Source: Minisyncoccota bacterium | Lineage (GTDB): Bacteria; Patescibacteriota; Minisyncoccia; Phycocordibacterales; SBAW01 | Direction: 5' to 3' | Assembly (NCBI GenBank): GCA_035510635.1 | Contig: DATKGU010000010.1 | Span: 2,149 to 66,148, forward strand | DNA: 64,000 nucleotides | Shown: in pieces, positions 46,490 through 56,723 of the stretch | Position numbering within the stretch: position 1 is the first letter of the stretch | Layout of the letters: each line of letters opens with the position of its first letter | Translations under genes and position numbers: made by a program | The notes under the pieces: generated by a model | The model's database searches: none | What the model was told of the DNA's origin: nothing | Seen by the model: only the letters and a program-made list of their open reading frames with translations

Positions 46490-48427
46490 GTGCCGCAATC
46501 GCAAGAACATTTAAAGGGTCTCAACAACGCTCAACGGGAGGCGGTGCTCGCGACCAAGGGGCCGCTCTTGGTTTTGGCAGGCGCCGGAGCAGGGAAGACC
46601 CGCGTGATTACACACCGGATATTGCAACTGGTTAAAGAAGGCGTCGCACCGGACGAGATTTTGGCCATCACCTTTACCAACAAGGCGGCGGGAGAGATGC
46701 GCACGCGCACGCTCGAGCTTTTGGCCAAAAACAACGACATCAACCGGCCTGCGTTTGCTCCTCACCGGCCGCCGTTTGTCTCAACCTTCCACTCGCTGGG
46801 GCTTTTGATTATTAAAGAAAATTTTAAAGCGCTCGGGCTTAAGCGCCGGCCAAGTATCTATGACCGCGCCGACAGCATGCGTCTTATAAAGGAGGCGCTT
46901 AAGCAGATAGGCGCCGACGGCGAGCTCGAGCCGCGCGCAGCGCTTGGCACGATATCGCGCCACAAAGGCGAGGGGGTGACCGCCGGCCAATATGCCGAGG
47001 CCGCACAAACCGGCCGCGAGCGCACGCTTGCCGCTATCTGGCTCTCGTACGAGCGAGCGCTTGCCGCCGACTCGGCGCTCGACTTTGATGACCTACTTGC
47101 ACGCTCCGAAAAGTTTTTGCGCGAAAACGCCGAGGCGCGTGCCGCATACCAGCGGCGATGGAAGTATGTGCATATAGATGAGTATCAAGACACCAACAAG
47201 ATACAAGCGAAGCTTGCCTCGCATTTGGTAGGACCCGAGCAAAATATTTGCGCGGTGGGCGATGTCGACCAAACCATTTACGGCTGGCGCGGCGCCGAGA
47301 TATCCAACATCATGACGTTTGAAAAAAAGTTCCCCGGGGCAAAAACTATTTTGCTCGAGCAAAATTATCGCTCGACCAAAAATATTTTGGCCGCCGCCAA
47401 CGACATCATCTCCAAAAATAAATACCGGCCAGAAAAAAACTTGTTTACGGCCAACGCCGATGGCGAAAAGCTCTCGCTCTATCAAGCCTATGACGAAACC
47501 GACGAAGCCAACTTTATTGTGCGCATCATCGGCCAACTTGTTGAGGATGGTGCCTCGCCGCAAGACTTTACCGTGCTGTATCGCGCCAACTTTCAATCGC
47601 GCGCCATTGAGGAGGCGCTGCTCAATTCTGAAATTTCTTACCAAGTGGTGGGCACGCGCTTTTTTGAACGCAAAGAAATAAAAGACGTGCTCTCGTTTGT
47701 ACGTGCGGCATTGGTGGGCGGCGATGTCGACATTGCGCGCGTTGCCAACATCCCGCCGCGCGGCATCGGCAAAGTTACCCTGCTTAAAATGCTTGCGGGA
47801 AGGGGAGCGGAGCTCACGGGCGCCGTGCGCGAGAAGGTTGCTGCGTTTCGAACATTGCTCGCAAAAATAAAAGATGCGTCGTCGCTGCTTACACCATCGG
47901 AGCTCATAAAATTTGTCGTGGTCGAGAGCGGCATGGAAGCGTTGTATAAAGAAGACAAGCTCGAAGGCGCCGAGCGGCTCGAAAACATCCGCGAGCTTGT
48001 CTCGCTTGCATCGCGCTACGATGCGCTGCCAAAAGAAGAAGCACTCGACGCATTGCTCGAGAGCGCCGCGCTTGCGAGCGACCAAGATGAAATAAAAGAC
48101 GAAAAAAATGCGGTACGGCTCATGACCGTGCACGCCTCAAAAGGTCTTGAGTTTCCGTATGTATTTATCACCGGGCTCGAAGAAGGGCTCTTCCCGTACG
48201 AGCGCGAAGATGACACGAGCGAGGCCAACCAAGAGGAGGAGCGCCGGCTGATGTATGTGGCGCTTACGCGCGCCGAGAAAAAAGTGTTTCTCTCATACGC
48301 ATCATATCGCACGGTGTTTGGCTCAAAAACCGGCACCGCACCGTCGCAATTTTTGTCCGACATATCCAACGACCTCGTGGAGTGGGAGTCGCCGATGCGA
48401 TTGGGAAAAACTATTTATCTCGACTAA
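46490..48427 (+). CDS. UvrD/PcrA-family ATP-dependent DNA helicase
   Basis: 645 aa (GTG start); LAGAGAGKTRVIT (Walker A), DEYQDTN, ...VHASKGLEF..., ...TRA helicase motifs. Confidence 0.9.
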   Translation: MPQSQEHLKGLNNAQREAVLATKGPLLVLAGAGAGKTRVITHRILQLVKEGVAPDEILAITFTNKAAGEMRTRTLELLAKNNDINRPAFAPHRPPFVSTFHSLGLLIIKENFKALGLKRRPSIYDRADSMRLIKEALKQIGADGELEPRAALGTISRHKGEGVTAGQYAEAAQTGRERTLAAIWLSYERALAADSALDFDDLLARSEKFLRENAEARAAYQRRWKYVHIDEYQDTNKIQAKLASHLVGPEQNICAVGDVDQTIYGWRGAEISNIMTFEKKFPGAKTILLEQNYRSTKNILAAANDIISKNKYRPEKNLFTANADGEKLSLYQAYDETDEANFIVRIIGQLVEDGASPQDFTVLYRANFQSRAIEEALLNSEISYQVVGTRFFERKEIKDVLSFVRAALVGGDVDIARVANIPPRGIGKVTLLKMLAGRGAELTGAVREKVAAFRTLLAKIKDASSLLTPSELIKFVVVESGMEALYKEDKLEGAERLENIRELVSLASRYDALPKEEALDALLESAALASDQDEIKDEKNAVRLMTVHASKGLEFPYVFITGLEEGLFPYEREDDTSEANQEEERRLMYVALTRAEKKVFLSYASYRTVFGSKTGTAPSQFLSDISNDLVEWESPMRLGKTIYLD

Positions 48428-48436
48428 ACTACCGGT

Positions 48437-49216
48437 ATGATTCCTAAAAAATCACTCGGCCAACATTTTTTACACAGCGCCTATTATCTGGGGCTCATGG
48501 CTGATGCGGCAAATGTTGGCCAGAGCGATTATATAGTGGAGGTGGGGCCGGGCGAGGGAGCGCTCACCGAGGTGTTGCTCACGCGCGGCGCCACCGTGGT
48601 GGCACTCGAAAAAGACCGCCGCTTAATACCGGTGCTGCAAGAAAAATTTAAAAAAGAAATTGCAAAAGAAAAATTTATTTTGCACGAGTGCGACGCGCTC
48701 GAGGTTGATATCGCAAAGCTCACTCCCAAAAATAAACCGTATAAAGTGGTTGCCAATATCCCGTACTACATTACCGGTGCGCTGCTGCAAAAATTTTTAA
48801 CGGGTGCCGCACAACCCAGCACCTTGGTATTTTTAATTCAAAAAGAGGTGGCCGAGCGCATTGCGAGGAGTAAAAAAGAAAGTATCCTTTCGCTCTCGAT
48901 AAAAGCATACGGCACGCCTACCTATGTTAAGACCGTGCCAAAAGGAGCCTTCTCTCCGCCGCCTACGGTAGACTCGGCCATTTTGCGCATCGAAGATATT
49001 TCGCGCACCCATTTTGCAAACGCCAACATGGAGAAACGGTTTTTTGCATTTGTTAAAACCGGATTTGCACAAAAAAGAAAGTTGCTCAAACGCAATGTAG
49101 AAAAGCTTGTAGGTAAAAAAGGGATAGGGGAGGCATTTGCCAAAGCCGGTATTGCCGACAACGCCCGCGCCGAGGATGTCTCGCTCCCAGAGTGGTTCGC
49201 GCTAGCCGAATATTAA
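48437..49216 (+). CDS. rsmA: 16S rRNA (adenine1518/1519-N6)-dimethyltransferase
   Basis: 259 aa; GQHFL..., ...VVEVGPGEGALT..., ...VVANIPYYIT. Confidence 0.9.
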   Translation: MIPKKSLGQHFLHSAYYLGLMADAANVGQSDYIVEVGPGEGALTEVLLTRGATVVALEKDRRLIPVLQEKFKKEIAKEKFILHECDALEVDIAKLTPKNKPYKVVANIPYYITGALLQKFLTGAAQPSTLVFLIQKEVAERIARSKKESILSLSIKAYGTPTYVKTVPKGAFSPPPTVDSAILRIEDISRTHFANANMEKRFFAFVKTGFAQKRKLLKRNVEKLVGKKGIGEAFAKAGIADNARAEDVSLPEWFALAEY

Positions 49217-50190
49217 GGAACAACGGACGAGCCGGCCTCCGGCGTGATAGTGCCAACTGCCGGTACAGGGAAACATGCGTCGCCAATGTAGGTAATGCAG
49301 CTTTGTACTCCCGGTTCATAGATACCGAGCGTTGCCACACCAGGAGCCGGCAGCGTGTGCCAGTTAAACGCTTCGGTACCATCAACATAGTCGAGCAAAA
49401 GATTTGAAGTTGGCGTTGGCGCGCCAAGTGATACAAAAATTTGAGTAACTCCCGGAGGACAATCGCAAATGAGCGGGTTGGAATAGGTAACAAAACCTCC
49501 AAAAGGCAGACCAACTCCCGCTTGTGCAATGTCTGGCATCAACAAACGTTTTGCGGATGCAATGATAATGTCAAAAACTTTTTGTGCAAACGGTTTGCTG
49601 AGTTCAATCGAAGCTTGTGTTTGATACAAAGTCTGCTGATCTTTAAAAAACTTTGCCTGGAAGTCGGTCGTTGATGCCGCCGTGGCCAATATTTTGGCAG
49701 TGATAAGCGCAAGCGTGGTTGATGAGTACCCTTGTTGCGCGCCCGCCTGATTTACAGCCGCAACATATTGTTGGAGTGGGGTAGAAGAGGTCGTGGCGGC
49801 TGCAGTTGTGGAAGTAGATGTACCTTTTTGCAACATCGCCAATGTGAGCGGACCCACAATACCGCTTGGGGTGGCAAGACCGGCAGGCACGAGTATCTCC
49901 GCGCTGTATTTGTTTTGATACCGCTTTACCGCATCAAGTGTTTTTGCCCCAAAATAGGAGCTTTCCATCCCCGGCGAGCCAATACCGGAAGCGGCCACCT
50001 CGGTATCGGGCGACTTATTGAGCAGTTGTTGCAAAAGAAGCACCTGCGGGCCGCTGTCGCCAAAGCGCAGTGTTGTAGAAATTCCTCCCGTTGCCGATGC
50101 CGTTGAAACAAATGCTCCGCACAATACTATAGAAAGGAGTGTTGCAAAGACGAATCGGATGCTCATACGTGCATATAGTATAACCCGCAT
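49213..50190 (-). CDS. secreted protein with an N-terminal peptidoglycan-binding (PG_binding_1-like) domain
   Basis: Real start probably MRVILYAR/MSIRFVF (50190 or 50166; the ORF-track start at 50844 is unlikely); signal peptide; ...LRFGDSGPQVLLLQQLLN...GAKTLDAVKRYQNKY; Thr/Ala-rich linker; Cys-containing C-terminal domain. Confidence 0.6.
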   Translation of the reverse strand: MRVILYARMSIRFVFATLLSIVLCGAFVSTASATGGISTTLRFGDSGPQVLLLQQLLNKSPDTEVAASGIGSPGMESSYFGAKTLDAVKRYQNKYSAEILVPAGLATPSGIVGPLTLAMLQKGTSTSTTAAATTSSTPLQQYVAAVNQAGAQQGYSSTTLALITAKILATAASTTDFQAKFFKDQQTLYQTQASIELSKPFAQKVFDIIIASAKRLLMPDIAQAGVGLPFGGFVTYSNPLICDCPPGVTQIFVSLGAPTPTSNLLLDYVDGTEAFNWHTLPAPGVATLGIYEPGVQSCITYIGDACFPVPAVGTITPEAGSSVVP

Positions 50191-50217
50191 AGAAATCGCT
50201 GTTATACTATTACTGTT

Positions 50218-51114
50218 ATGTATCTTCGCCGCTATCTGCCGAGCGCACAGTTTACGGTTATTGCTTTCTCGTTGCTCTTTGCCGGCGGCTTGGTGTACGG
50301 CGCGGAGCTTATCACCCAACCGCCCGCAAGCTCTGCCACGGTGAGTGCGGTTACAACCTCCGCATCCGACACAAACTCGGAAGATTGGCAGGCAACGCTC
50401 GATGCCATACAAGCGCAAAACGCCTCGAGCTCGCTCGCAGGTGCAACACCTCAAACGGTTGCGCAGATGTTGGCCGCCGCGCAAAGTTCCAACATTACCG
50501 ACTCGGTCGGCAAGAGCATACTTATCAACCTCAGCAACGCCAAGTCGCAAGGCCTTGGCGATGACACACCAACCCAAGACCAGATTATCTCTGCGGCCGC
50601 GGCGCAGGTTGCGGCAACCAAGCCAACGCACCAGTACACCGCCGCCGACCTCACAATTGTTGCCGACTCCAATGCCTCGCTTAAAGCGTATGGCAACGGC
50701 GTCATGCAAATTTTGGACAACAACCAGACCGCAAGCGAACAGGCAACACTCACCGCAATAGACAACGCCACCAGTAAAAACGATCCTTCGGAGCTTGATG
50801 CCCTCACGCCCATAGGTGCTGCATATCAAAACATCACCACACAATTGCTTGCGCTACCGGTACCGCAAACACTCTCACCTCTCCATCTCTCCGTGGTAAA
50901 CGCCTACGCAAGCATCGCCGCCACCTATCCCGACATGCAGGCGTCGCTCACCGACCCTCTGCGCGGTATCGTTGGCATACAAACATACGAAGCACAACTC
51001 CAGATGTTGGGCAGAGTGTTTACAAACATCGCGCAAGACCTCTCTAAAGACGGTATACTTTTTAACAAGGACGAGCCGGGAAGCGCATGGAGTATTGTTC
51101 TTTCGCCGCAATAA
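50218..51114 (+). CDS. hypothetical membrane-anchored Ala/Thr/Gln-rich extracytoplasmic protein (T4SS-cluster-associated)
   Basis: N-terminal TM VIAFSLLFAGGLVYGA; low-complexity helical-looking remainder. Confidence 0.5.
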   Translation: MYLRRYLPSAQFTVIAFSLLFAGGLVYGAELITQPPASSATVSAVTTSASDTNSEDWQATLDAIQAQNASSSLAGATPQTVAQMLAAAQSSNITDSVGKSILINLSNAKSQGLGDDTPTQDQIISAAAAQVAATKPTHQYTAADLTIVADSNASLKAYGNGVMQILDNNQTASEQATLTAIDNATSKNDPSELDALTPIGAAYQNITTQLLALPVPQTLSPLHLSVVNAYASIAATYPDMQASLTDPLRGIVGIQTYEAQLQMLGRVFTNIAQDLSKDGILFNKDEPGSAWSIVLSPQ

Positions 51115-51117
51115 CGC

Positions 51118-53085
51118 ATGACTAAAAAAATTCTTTACATCATCTTGGGTGCCATACTCGCTTTTGGCCTCCTCTTTTTGCTCTGGAGTTGGCTTTTTAG
51201 CGGCGGCAACACCGCACAAACCAACGGACAGTTTGGCACCGCAGGCAATGCCACGGGCAACGCAAGCTTAAACGCCAACTCCAACAACGGCCAGACCAAC
51301 CTCGGCCAAAACACCGCCAACGGCAGCATCCCGCTCAACGGCAGCAACACCAATGCAAACAGCGGCGGTATAAATGGCAACAGCAGCTCTTCGGGAGGCA
51401 GCGCCACGAGCGCGTTTGCCACCTACTCGCCAAGCGTCGCCGGCGTGCAATGGCTCAACAGTGCCGACAACAACTTTAATCCAACAGATATCAATAGCGT
51501 AAACGGCGCTTCAGTGGGGGGCACCGTGCCAACGTTGAGCAGTTTAAAGGGCTCAGGAAGCGGCGGCAATTCTCAACTTAATTTGTTGCTTGCGGCAGGA
51601 TTGATAGGCGTCGGCTCATGCGCACTGCAGGCATCAGGACAAACAATTGGTTCGCTTATTGGAGGAGGAACGGCAGCCCTAGCCCCTAGCGTAGCAGGAA
51701 CAGCCTTAGCGGTTCCTACTGACGATATCGAGACGCACACTCTTCAAGGTGCGCAGCTTGCAAATACCGCAGGTCATAACGTTGTGACCTTTCAAGGCTG
51801 CCTTACCAACGTGCTCGCCAAAATTGCTTTGCAGCAAATTACCGCGAGCGTGGTCAACTGGATCAACTCCGGCTTTAAAGGACAGCCATCTTTTGTAACT
51901 AACTATCAGCAATTTTTTGACAATGTCGCCAACCTCGCTGCCGGGCAATTTATACAAGGCGCGGGGCTGTCATTTTTATGCTCACCTTTTAAAGCCCAAA
52001 TAAAAATCGCCGTGGCGCAAAGTTATGCCAACCGGGGAGCGCAGTCATGTACGCTCACGAGCGTCATCAACAACATCAACAGCTTTATGAACGGCAACTT
52101 CTCGCAAGGAGGCTGGCCGGGGCTTATCTCTTACACCACGACGCCCACCAACAACCCCTACGGCGCGTATGCCTATGCACAAATAGGGTTGGTAACCGCG
52201 CAAAATAACGCGGTGGCAAACGCCAAGAGTAATATCTCACCAACAGGATTTTTAAACATGGTGCAACAAAGTTGCAGCGGAGTAACCAGCGTCAGCTCGT
52301 CGGTGACTGCAGGTCAAAACAGCCAAGCTGCCCAAGTGTCATGTCCCTCTGGATGCACCTGCAAAACAACCACGCCGGGCAGCGTTATTGAGGCCTCGCT
52401 CAACAAAACGCTCGGCAGCGGCGTCGACCAGCTTGGCCTTGCAAGCGACCTCGACCAAATTATCAACGCACTCACCACCCAACTCCTTACCCAAGCTCTG
52501 CAAGGCGGCCTCTCTAATCTTTCGGGTACCGACGGCGTGCAAAGCTCGTATCAAACCCCCGAAGAGCAAGCTGCGCAGACTCAAGCGCAGGGCATACTCA
52601 CCAACCTGCAAGCGCAAGTGGGCTACGCGCAGCAATACGGCTCGATAGAGCAGGGGAGCATCAGTGATATCGAAAACGCGCAGTCGGCTCTTAACAGCCT
52701 TATCAATTGCTGGGACGGCATTGCTTCGTCAACATCGTTTAGCTCGAGCCAACAAAGCACGGCCGCATCCAATGCAGCAAATGCGCAGGCAACCTCCAAC
52801 ACGTTTGATGCGCAGATAACCTCCTACAACAACGCCATCACCGCGGTTAATGCCGAGATAGCCACCATCGAGGAGTTACAAACCGAGGCGCTCTCGATTG
52901 CCTCCACGGCCGATGTCGACCAGCTCACCACCGACTACAACAATGCGCAAAGCACGACGCCGTTTATCTCGGCAACCGATGTAACCACCGCGCAGCAAAA
53001 CCGCACCACGCTGCAAAGCCAGCTTGCTTCGCTTAACACCTCAACACAGGAGAGCCTCACGCAATGCCAAGCGTTTGGGCACTAA
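51118..53085 (+). CDS. large membrane-anchored Asn/Gly/Ser-rich surface protein (T4SS-cluster-associated)
   Basis: 655 aa; N-terminal TM, about 130-aa N/G/S low-complexity tract, then a Cys-containing globular region. Confidence 0.55.
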   Translation: MTKKILYIILGAILAFGLLFLLWSWLFSGGNTAQTNGQFGTAGNATGNASLNANSNNGQTNLGQNTANGSIPLNGSNTNANSGGINGNSSSSGGSATSAFATYSPSVAGVQWLNSADNNFNPTDINSVNGASVGGTVPTLSSLKGSGSGGNSQLNLLLAAGLIGVGSCALQASGQTIGSLIGGGTAALAPSVAGTALAVPTDDIETHTLQGAQLANTAGHNVVTFQGCLTNVLAKIALQQITASVVNWINSGFKGQPSFVTNYQQFFDNVANLAAGQFIQGAGLSFLCSPFKAQIKIAVAQSYANRGAQSCTLTSVINNINSFMNGNFSQGGWPGLISYTTTPTNNPYGAYAYAQIGLVTAQNNAVANAKSNISPTGFLNMVQQSCSGVTSVSSSVTAGQNSQAAQVSCPSGCTCKTTTPGSVIEASLNKTLGSGVDQLGLASDLDQIINALTTQLLTQALQGGLSNLSGTDGVQSSYQTPEEQAAQTQAQGILTNLQAQVGYAQQYGSIEQGSISDIENAQSALNSLINCWDGIASSTSFSSSQQSTAASNAANAQATSNTFDAQITSYNNAITAVNAEIATIEELQTEALSIASTADVDQLTTDYNNAQSTTPFISATDVTTAQQNRTTLQSQLASLNTSTQESLTQCQAFGH

Positions 53086-53088
53086 CGT

Positions 53089-55551
53089 ATGAAAAAATTT
53101 CTTATTACCGTCTCGAAATACTCAGTAACGACGAGCATGGCTCTCGCAATCGCGTTCTCACCGCTTGCCCAGCTTGCTTCTATTGCACAGGCTGACACAT
53201 TGCCCGCCGACACATCCAGTTTTGCCGGTGGATATACGGCGCCCTCAGCGTCTTACACTTCGTCGGCACCTGCGGTGCAATCAACTAACACGGGCATCAA
53301 TTCTACTGTTGGCGACTCATCGGGTGCCTCGAGTCCGGCCTCAACCGCCACTGCAGCCGGGACTAACAACACGCCAGGGGCAACAGACCCTACGGGTGTA
53401 AGTTGTAGTTGGAGCCCAAGCGATTGGGACCTTTGTTTTACCAACGTAGTGTACGCGTTTACCGTGGGCATCGGCAGTGGCTTTGCCTATGTCGCGGCGG
53501 AGTTTTTTAACTTGGCGGTCAATCTCTCGCTCAACGGCCCCATCTACGCGCTCACTTTTATCTCAACCGGCTGGACCACGGCGCGCGACTTGGCCAACAT
53601 GGCGTTTATTTTTATCCTCATTTATATCGCGTTTATGCTCATCTTTGAGGCGGAGACAAGCCATACCATGTCGCTCCTCGCAGGCGTCATTGTTATTGCG
53701 CTCTTGGTAAACTTTAGCTTCTTTTTTACGCGCCTCGTGATAGATGCGGGCAACATTCTTTCAATACAATTTTACAATTCCATACAGGCACCCAGCATAC
53801 AATCGACCGCCCAAAGCTCCACTGTCGCGTCTGCCGTAAACACTGCGGCCGGCTCCATCTTGGGCGCGAACATGCAAACGAAAGACTTAACCGCGAGCAT
53901 CATGGGGATGCTCCAACTCCAAAATCTTTTTAATTCTAACTCTTTCACCACTTTTCATCAGCAGGCCGGATTCTTTACGCAGATAATTGTCCTGTGCTTT
54001 TTGTACATTGGCGCCGCTATCATGTTTTATCTCCTTACGGTGACCTTTGTCACCGTAGGCATCAAATTTTTAGTGCGCATCGTGATACTGTGGTTCCTCA
54101 TCATATTCTCGCCGCTCGCATTTGTGGCGCGGGCCACACCCGAAAAAGGCCCCCTGCGCCATTACTTTAAAGATTGGCTGGAAGCGCTTATTTCCCACGC
54201 CTTTTATCCGGTGGCGTTTATGTTTATCTTCCTTATCCTCACCAATTTTACCAACCAGATGGGGAGCTGTACCAGCAACGGGAGCTCCAGCTCGCAAAGC
54301 TGCCTTATCAACGACGTGTTTACCTCTTTGCAAGGCAGCGCCACAAGCTCGAGCTCGGCCATTGCCGTGATGGGCTTGGCGTTTGCCAACGTAGCCATTC
54401 GCCTCGGATTTGTCATCGCTATCCTTTATCTGGGCCTCAAAGCAGCTGATAGCGTGAGCGTCATGGGTGCTAGCGCAGCCCAAAAAGCCGGCAACTGGGC
54501 AGGCGGTAAATTTAAAGCCTCAACATTGGGGCTTGGAGGCGTTGCCTTCCGCGAAACCATTGGGCACCACGCACAAAATACTATTGATACTGCAAAGAAA
54601 AACCCGCCAGGAAATATTGTCGGCCAATATATGGACTTTGCTCTGCGTAAAAATGTGTTGACTCCTCTGACAAAAACTTCAATAGGAGGTGCCAAATCGT
54701 ATACCGATGTAGTGGCATCCAGAAAAGAAGTGAGGGAGGATTGGAATAAAAACGTAGACGAACATCTTGTTAACATAAAAAACCGCGAGGATGAGAAGGA
54801 ACTTGCCAAACTTGATGAACAATGGAATCCGCTGGCGAAGAAACTTGAAACTATGGAGGATGAACTAAAACAACTCAAGTCGCTCCCGCCCAACCCTGTA
54901 AATGGCACGCGAGTAATAACCAAACAAGGCGAAATTGATGATTTCAAGGAAAAAGAAATGGACCCTCTGCGCCCACGACGTGAACAGCTTATTGCCAATA
55001 TGGGCAAAATGGAAGGCTCTCAGGTTACCGCATTGGCTGCAAAAGATCTCGAAAAGATAATCAAACATATTTCCGACAAACAAATAAAGGCAATCAAAGA
55101 TAGCCTCAAATACAGCAGGACAGAAAAGGACACGCTTGAACGTAAATGGAATGAGCAATCCACCAAAGCGCCACTAGCCGAATCGAGAGAACAGCTCAAA
55201 AAACTGGGCGAGCTGCATGAGCAGCTCCAGGTACTTCATGTTGACCTAAAGACCGTCGGCGCCGCTGCAAAACCAGCGCCCAATCAAACCTTTAATGTCA
55301 ATTTGGGCACAACAAAGAAAATGAAGAAAGAGATCGAAGACAGACTAGAGGAACAAGAAAAGATACGGGATGACCGTCTCCTCGAAAAAAATGATGATGG
55401 CAAACGACAACGTTCAGAAGCGGGTGAGGCAGCTAAAAAACTCAAGAAAGCTCTTGAGAATATTACAAAATTGGAAGAAAAGGTTAAGGATATTCCTGAC
55501 AGTGTTGGGGGCACCCGCAACGAAGGAGAGTTTGTTAACACCGGAAAGTAG
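53089..55551 (+). CDS. VirB6/TrbL-like polytopic T4SS channel protein with a secreted N-domain and a C-terminal coiled-coil
   Basis: 820 aa; signal sequence, about 100-aa Ser/Thr/Ala-rich tract, at least 6 TM helices (…IFILIYIAFMLIF…, …VIVIALLVNFSFFF…, …IIVLCFLYIGAAIMFYLL…), Lys/Glu-rich coiled-coil tail. Confidence 0.55.
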   Translation: MKKFLITVSKYSVTTSMALAIAFSPLAQLASIAQADTLPADTSSFAGGYTAPSASYTSSAPAVQSTNTGINSTVGDSSGASSPASTATAAGTNNTPGATDPTGVSCSWSPSDWDLCFTNVVYAFTVGIGSGFAYVAAEFFNLAVNLSLNGPIYALTFISTGWTTARDLANMAFIFILIYIAFMLIFEAETSHTMSLLAGVIVIALLVNFSFFFTRLVIDAGNILSIQFYNSIQAPSIQSTAQSSTVASAVNTAAGSILGANMQTKDLTASIMGMLQLQNLFNSNSFTTFHQQAGFFTQIIVLCFLYIGAAIMFYLLTVTFVTVGIKFLVRIVILWFLIIFSPLAFVARATPEKGPLRHYFKDWLEALISHAFYPVAFMFIFLILTNFTNQMGSCTSNGSSSSQSCLINDVFTSLQGSATSSSSAIAVMGLAFANVAIRLGFVIAILYLGLKAADSVSVMGASAAQKAGNWAGGKFKASTLGLGGVAFRETIGHHAQNTIDTAKKNPPGNIVGQYMDFALRKNVLTPLTKTSIGGAKSYTDVVASRKEVREDWNKNVDEHLVNIKNREDEKELAKLDEQWNPLAKKLETMEDELKQLKSLPPNPVNGTRVITKQGEIDDFKEKEMDPLRPRREQLIANMGKMEGSQVTALAAKDLEKIIKHISDKQIKAIKDSLKYSRTEKDTLERKWNEQSTKAPLAESREQLKKLGELHEQLQVLHVDLKTVGAAAKPAPNQTFNVNLGTTKKMKKEIEDRLEEQEKIRDDRLLEKNDDGKRQRSEAGEAAKKLKKALENITKLEEKVKDIPDSVGGTRNEGEFVNTGK

Positions 55552-55565
55552 TATAATGGCTATAT

Positions 55566-56225
55566 ATGGCTGACTCTGTAAGTTCAGACGACATACAAAA
55601 ACTCATAGCGGCACTGCCACCGGAGGTTAAATCGTTGCTCTACAGCAAAGAGATGGATGATGTCATGCAACAAATTGGCACCAAACATCAGCTGCACATA
55701 GACCAAATCGGCGAGCTGGAAAGCGAGGTGGCTGCGGCTATGATTGGTATCAGCCAGATGCAAGAGTTGCCGCAAAATATCAGCGACACGCTAGAGGTTG
55801 ATATGACAAAAAGTAACGCCCTTGTTGCGGATATCAATCTGCTTTTGCTTGATAAAATCCGCTCGTCGATGAAAAAGAATGATGCTGATAAGTCGGTTAT
55901 TATGCCCTCGGCTATGGCTGCTTCTGCATCTGCGACTGCGCCTACACCTCCTGCCACCTCTGCACCTGTTCCAACAGCTCCAGTTGCACCAACACCTACA
56001 GCCGCTCCTCTCCCTACCGACATGCAGATTGACCCTCCTGCCACTCAACCAACTCCGGCTCCGGCAAAAGTTGTTGCTCCTGCACCTCAAATGCCCGAAG
56101 CCGATGTTATGTTGAGCGAGCCAACGGTTAGCTTGCCCAAAAAGGTTGAATCTGCTCCAACTCCAACCAAAATAGAAGTACCCACTACTTACAAAGCCGA
56201 CCCGTATCGCGAACCTATTGAGTAA
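55566..56225 (+). CDS. hypothetical protein with a Pro/Ala/Thr-rich C-terminal half
   Basis: 219 aa; about 110-aa N-terminal globular or helical region, then ...TAPTPPATSAPVPTAPVAPTPTAAPLP... Confidence 0.5.
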   Translation: MADSVSSDDIQKLIAALPPEVKSLLYSKEMDDVMQQIGTKHQLHIDQIGELESEVAAAMIGISQMQELPQNISDTLEVDMTKSNALVADINLLLLDKIRSSMKKNDADKSVIMPSAMAASASATAPTPPATSAPVPTAPVAPTPTAAPLPTDMQIDPPATQPTPAPAKVVAPAPQMPEADVMLSEPTVSLPKKVESAPTPTKIEVPTTYKADPYREPIE

Positions 56226-56265
56226 AAGGGGAGAGTAGTGATATTTTTGCGATATACTATAGCTA

Positions 56266-56712
56266 ATGCGCTATCAGGTTCCTCAATTTATCGAAATCGA
56301 AGACAAGATATTTGGGCCGCTTACCTTTAAGCAGTTTATTTATCTCGCGGGCGCAGGCGGCGTATGCCTTTTGTTTTTTACTCTGTTGCCGCTCTACATC
56401 GCCGTGCTTTGCATGATTCCTTTTATTGCGCTGGGCTTCGCACTCGCCTTTTACAAGGTCAACGGCCGGCCGTTTATTGTGGTGCTCGAGCACGCGTTTG
56501 GATACTTTTTTGGCCACAAGCTCTATTTGTGGAAACAGCACAGCGCAAAAACCCCTTCGGCGGTAGCGCAGGCTCCCGCGGCGGCCATGGGCACGCTCAC
56601 CGTGCCCAAACTTTCCAACAGCAAGCTTAAAGACCTAGCCTGGTCGCTCAACATTAAAGACAGGAGCACGATGGGTGTGGTCGACACGAGCCGCACGGGT
56701 TTTGAAATATAA
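56266..56712 (+). CDS. PrgI/VirB3-like small T4SS membrane protein
   Basis: 148 aa; N-terminus MRYQVPQFIEIEDKIFGPLTFKQFIYLAG followed by two TM helices, typical of the PrgI family. Confidence 0.65.
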   Translation: MRYQVPQFIEIEDKIFGPLTFKQFIYLAGAGGVCLLFFTLLPLYIAVLCMIPFIALGFALAFYKVNGRPFIVVLEHAFGYFFGHKLYLWKQHSAKTPSAVAQAPAAAMGTLTVPKLSNSKLKDLAWSLNIKDRSTMGVVDTSRTGFEI

Positions 56713-56723
56713 CTATCACGCAT

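Noticed and set aside
55688-56115. Overlapping ORFs 55688-56044 (-), 55791-56090 (-) and 55879-56115 (+) within the 55566-56225 gene
   Set aside because: They are low-complexity mirror frames of the Pro/Ala/Thr-rich coding tract. The plus-strand gene is in operon context with the T4SS genes.
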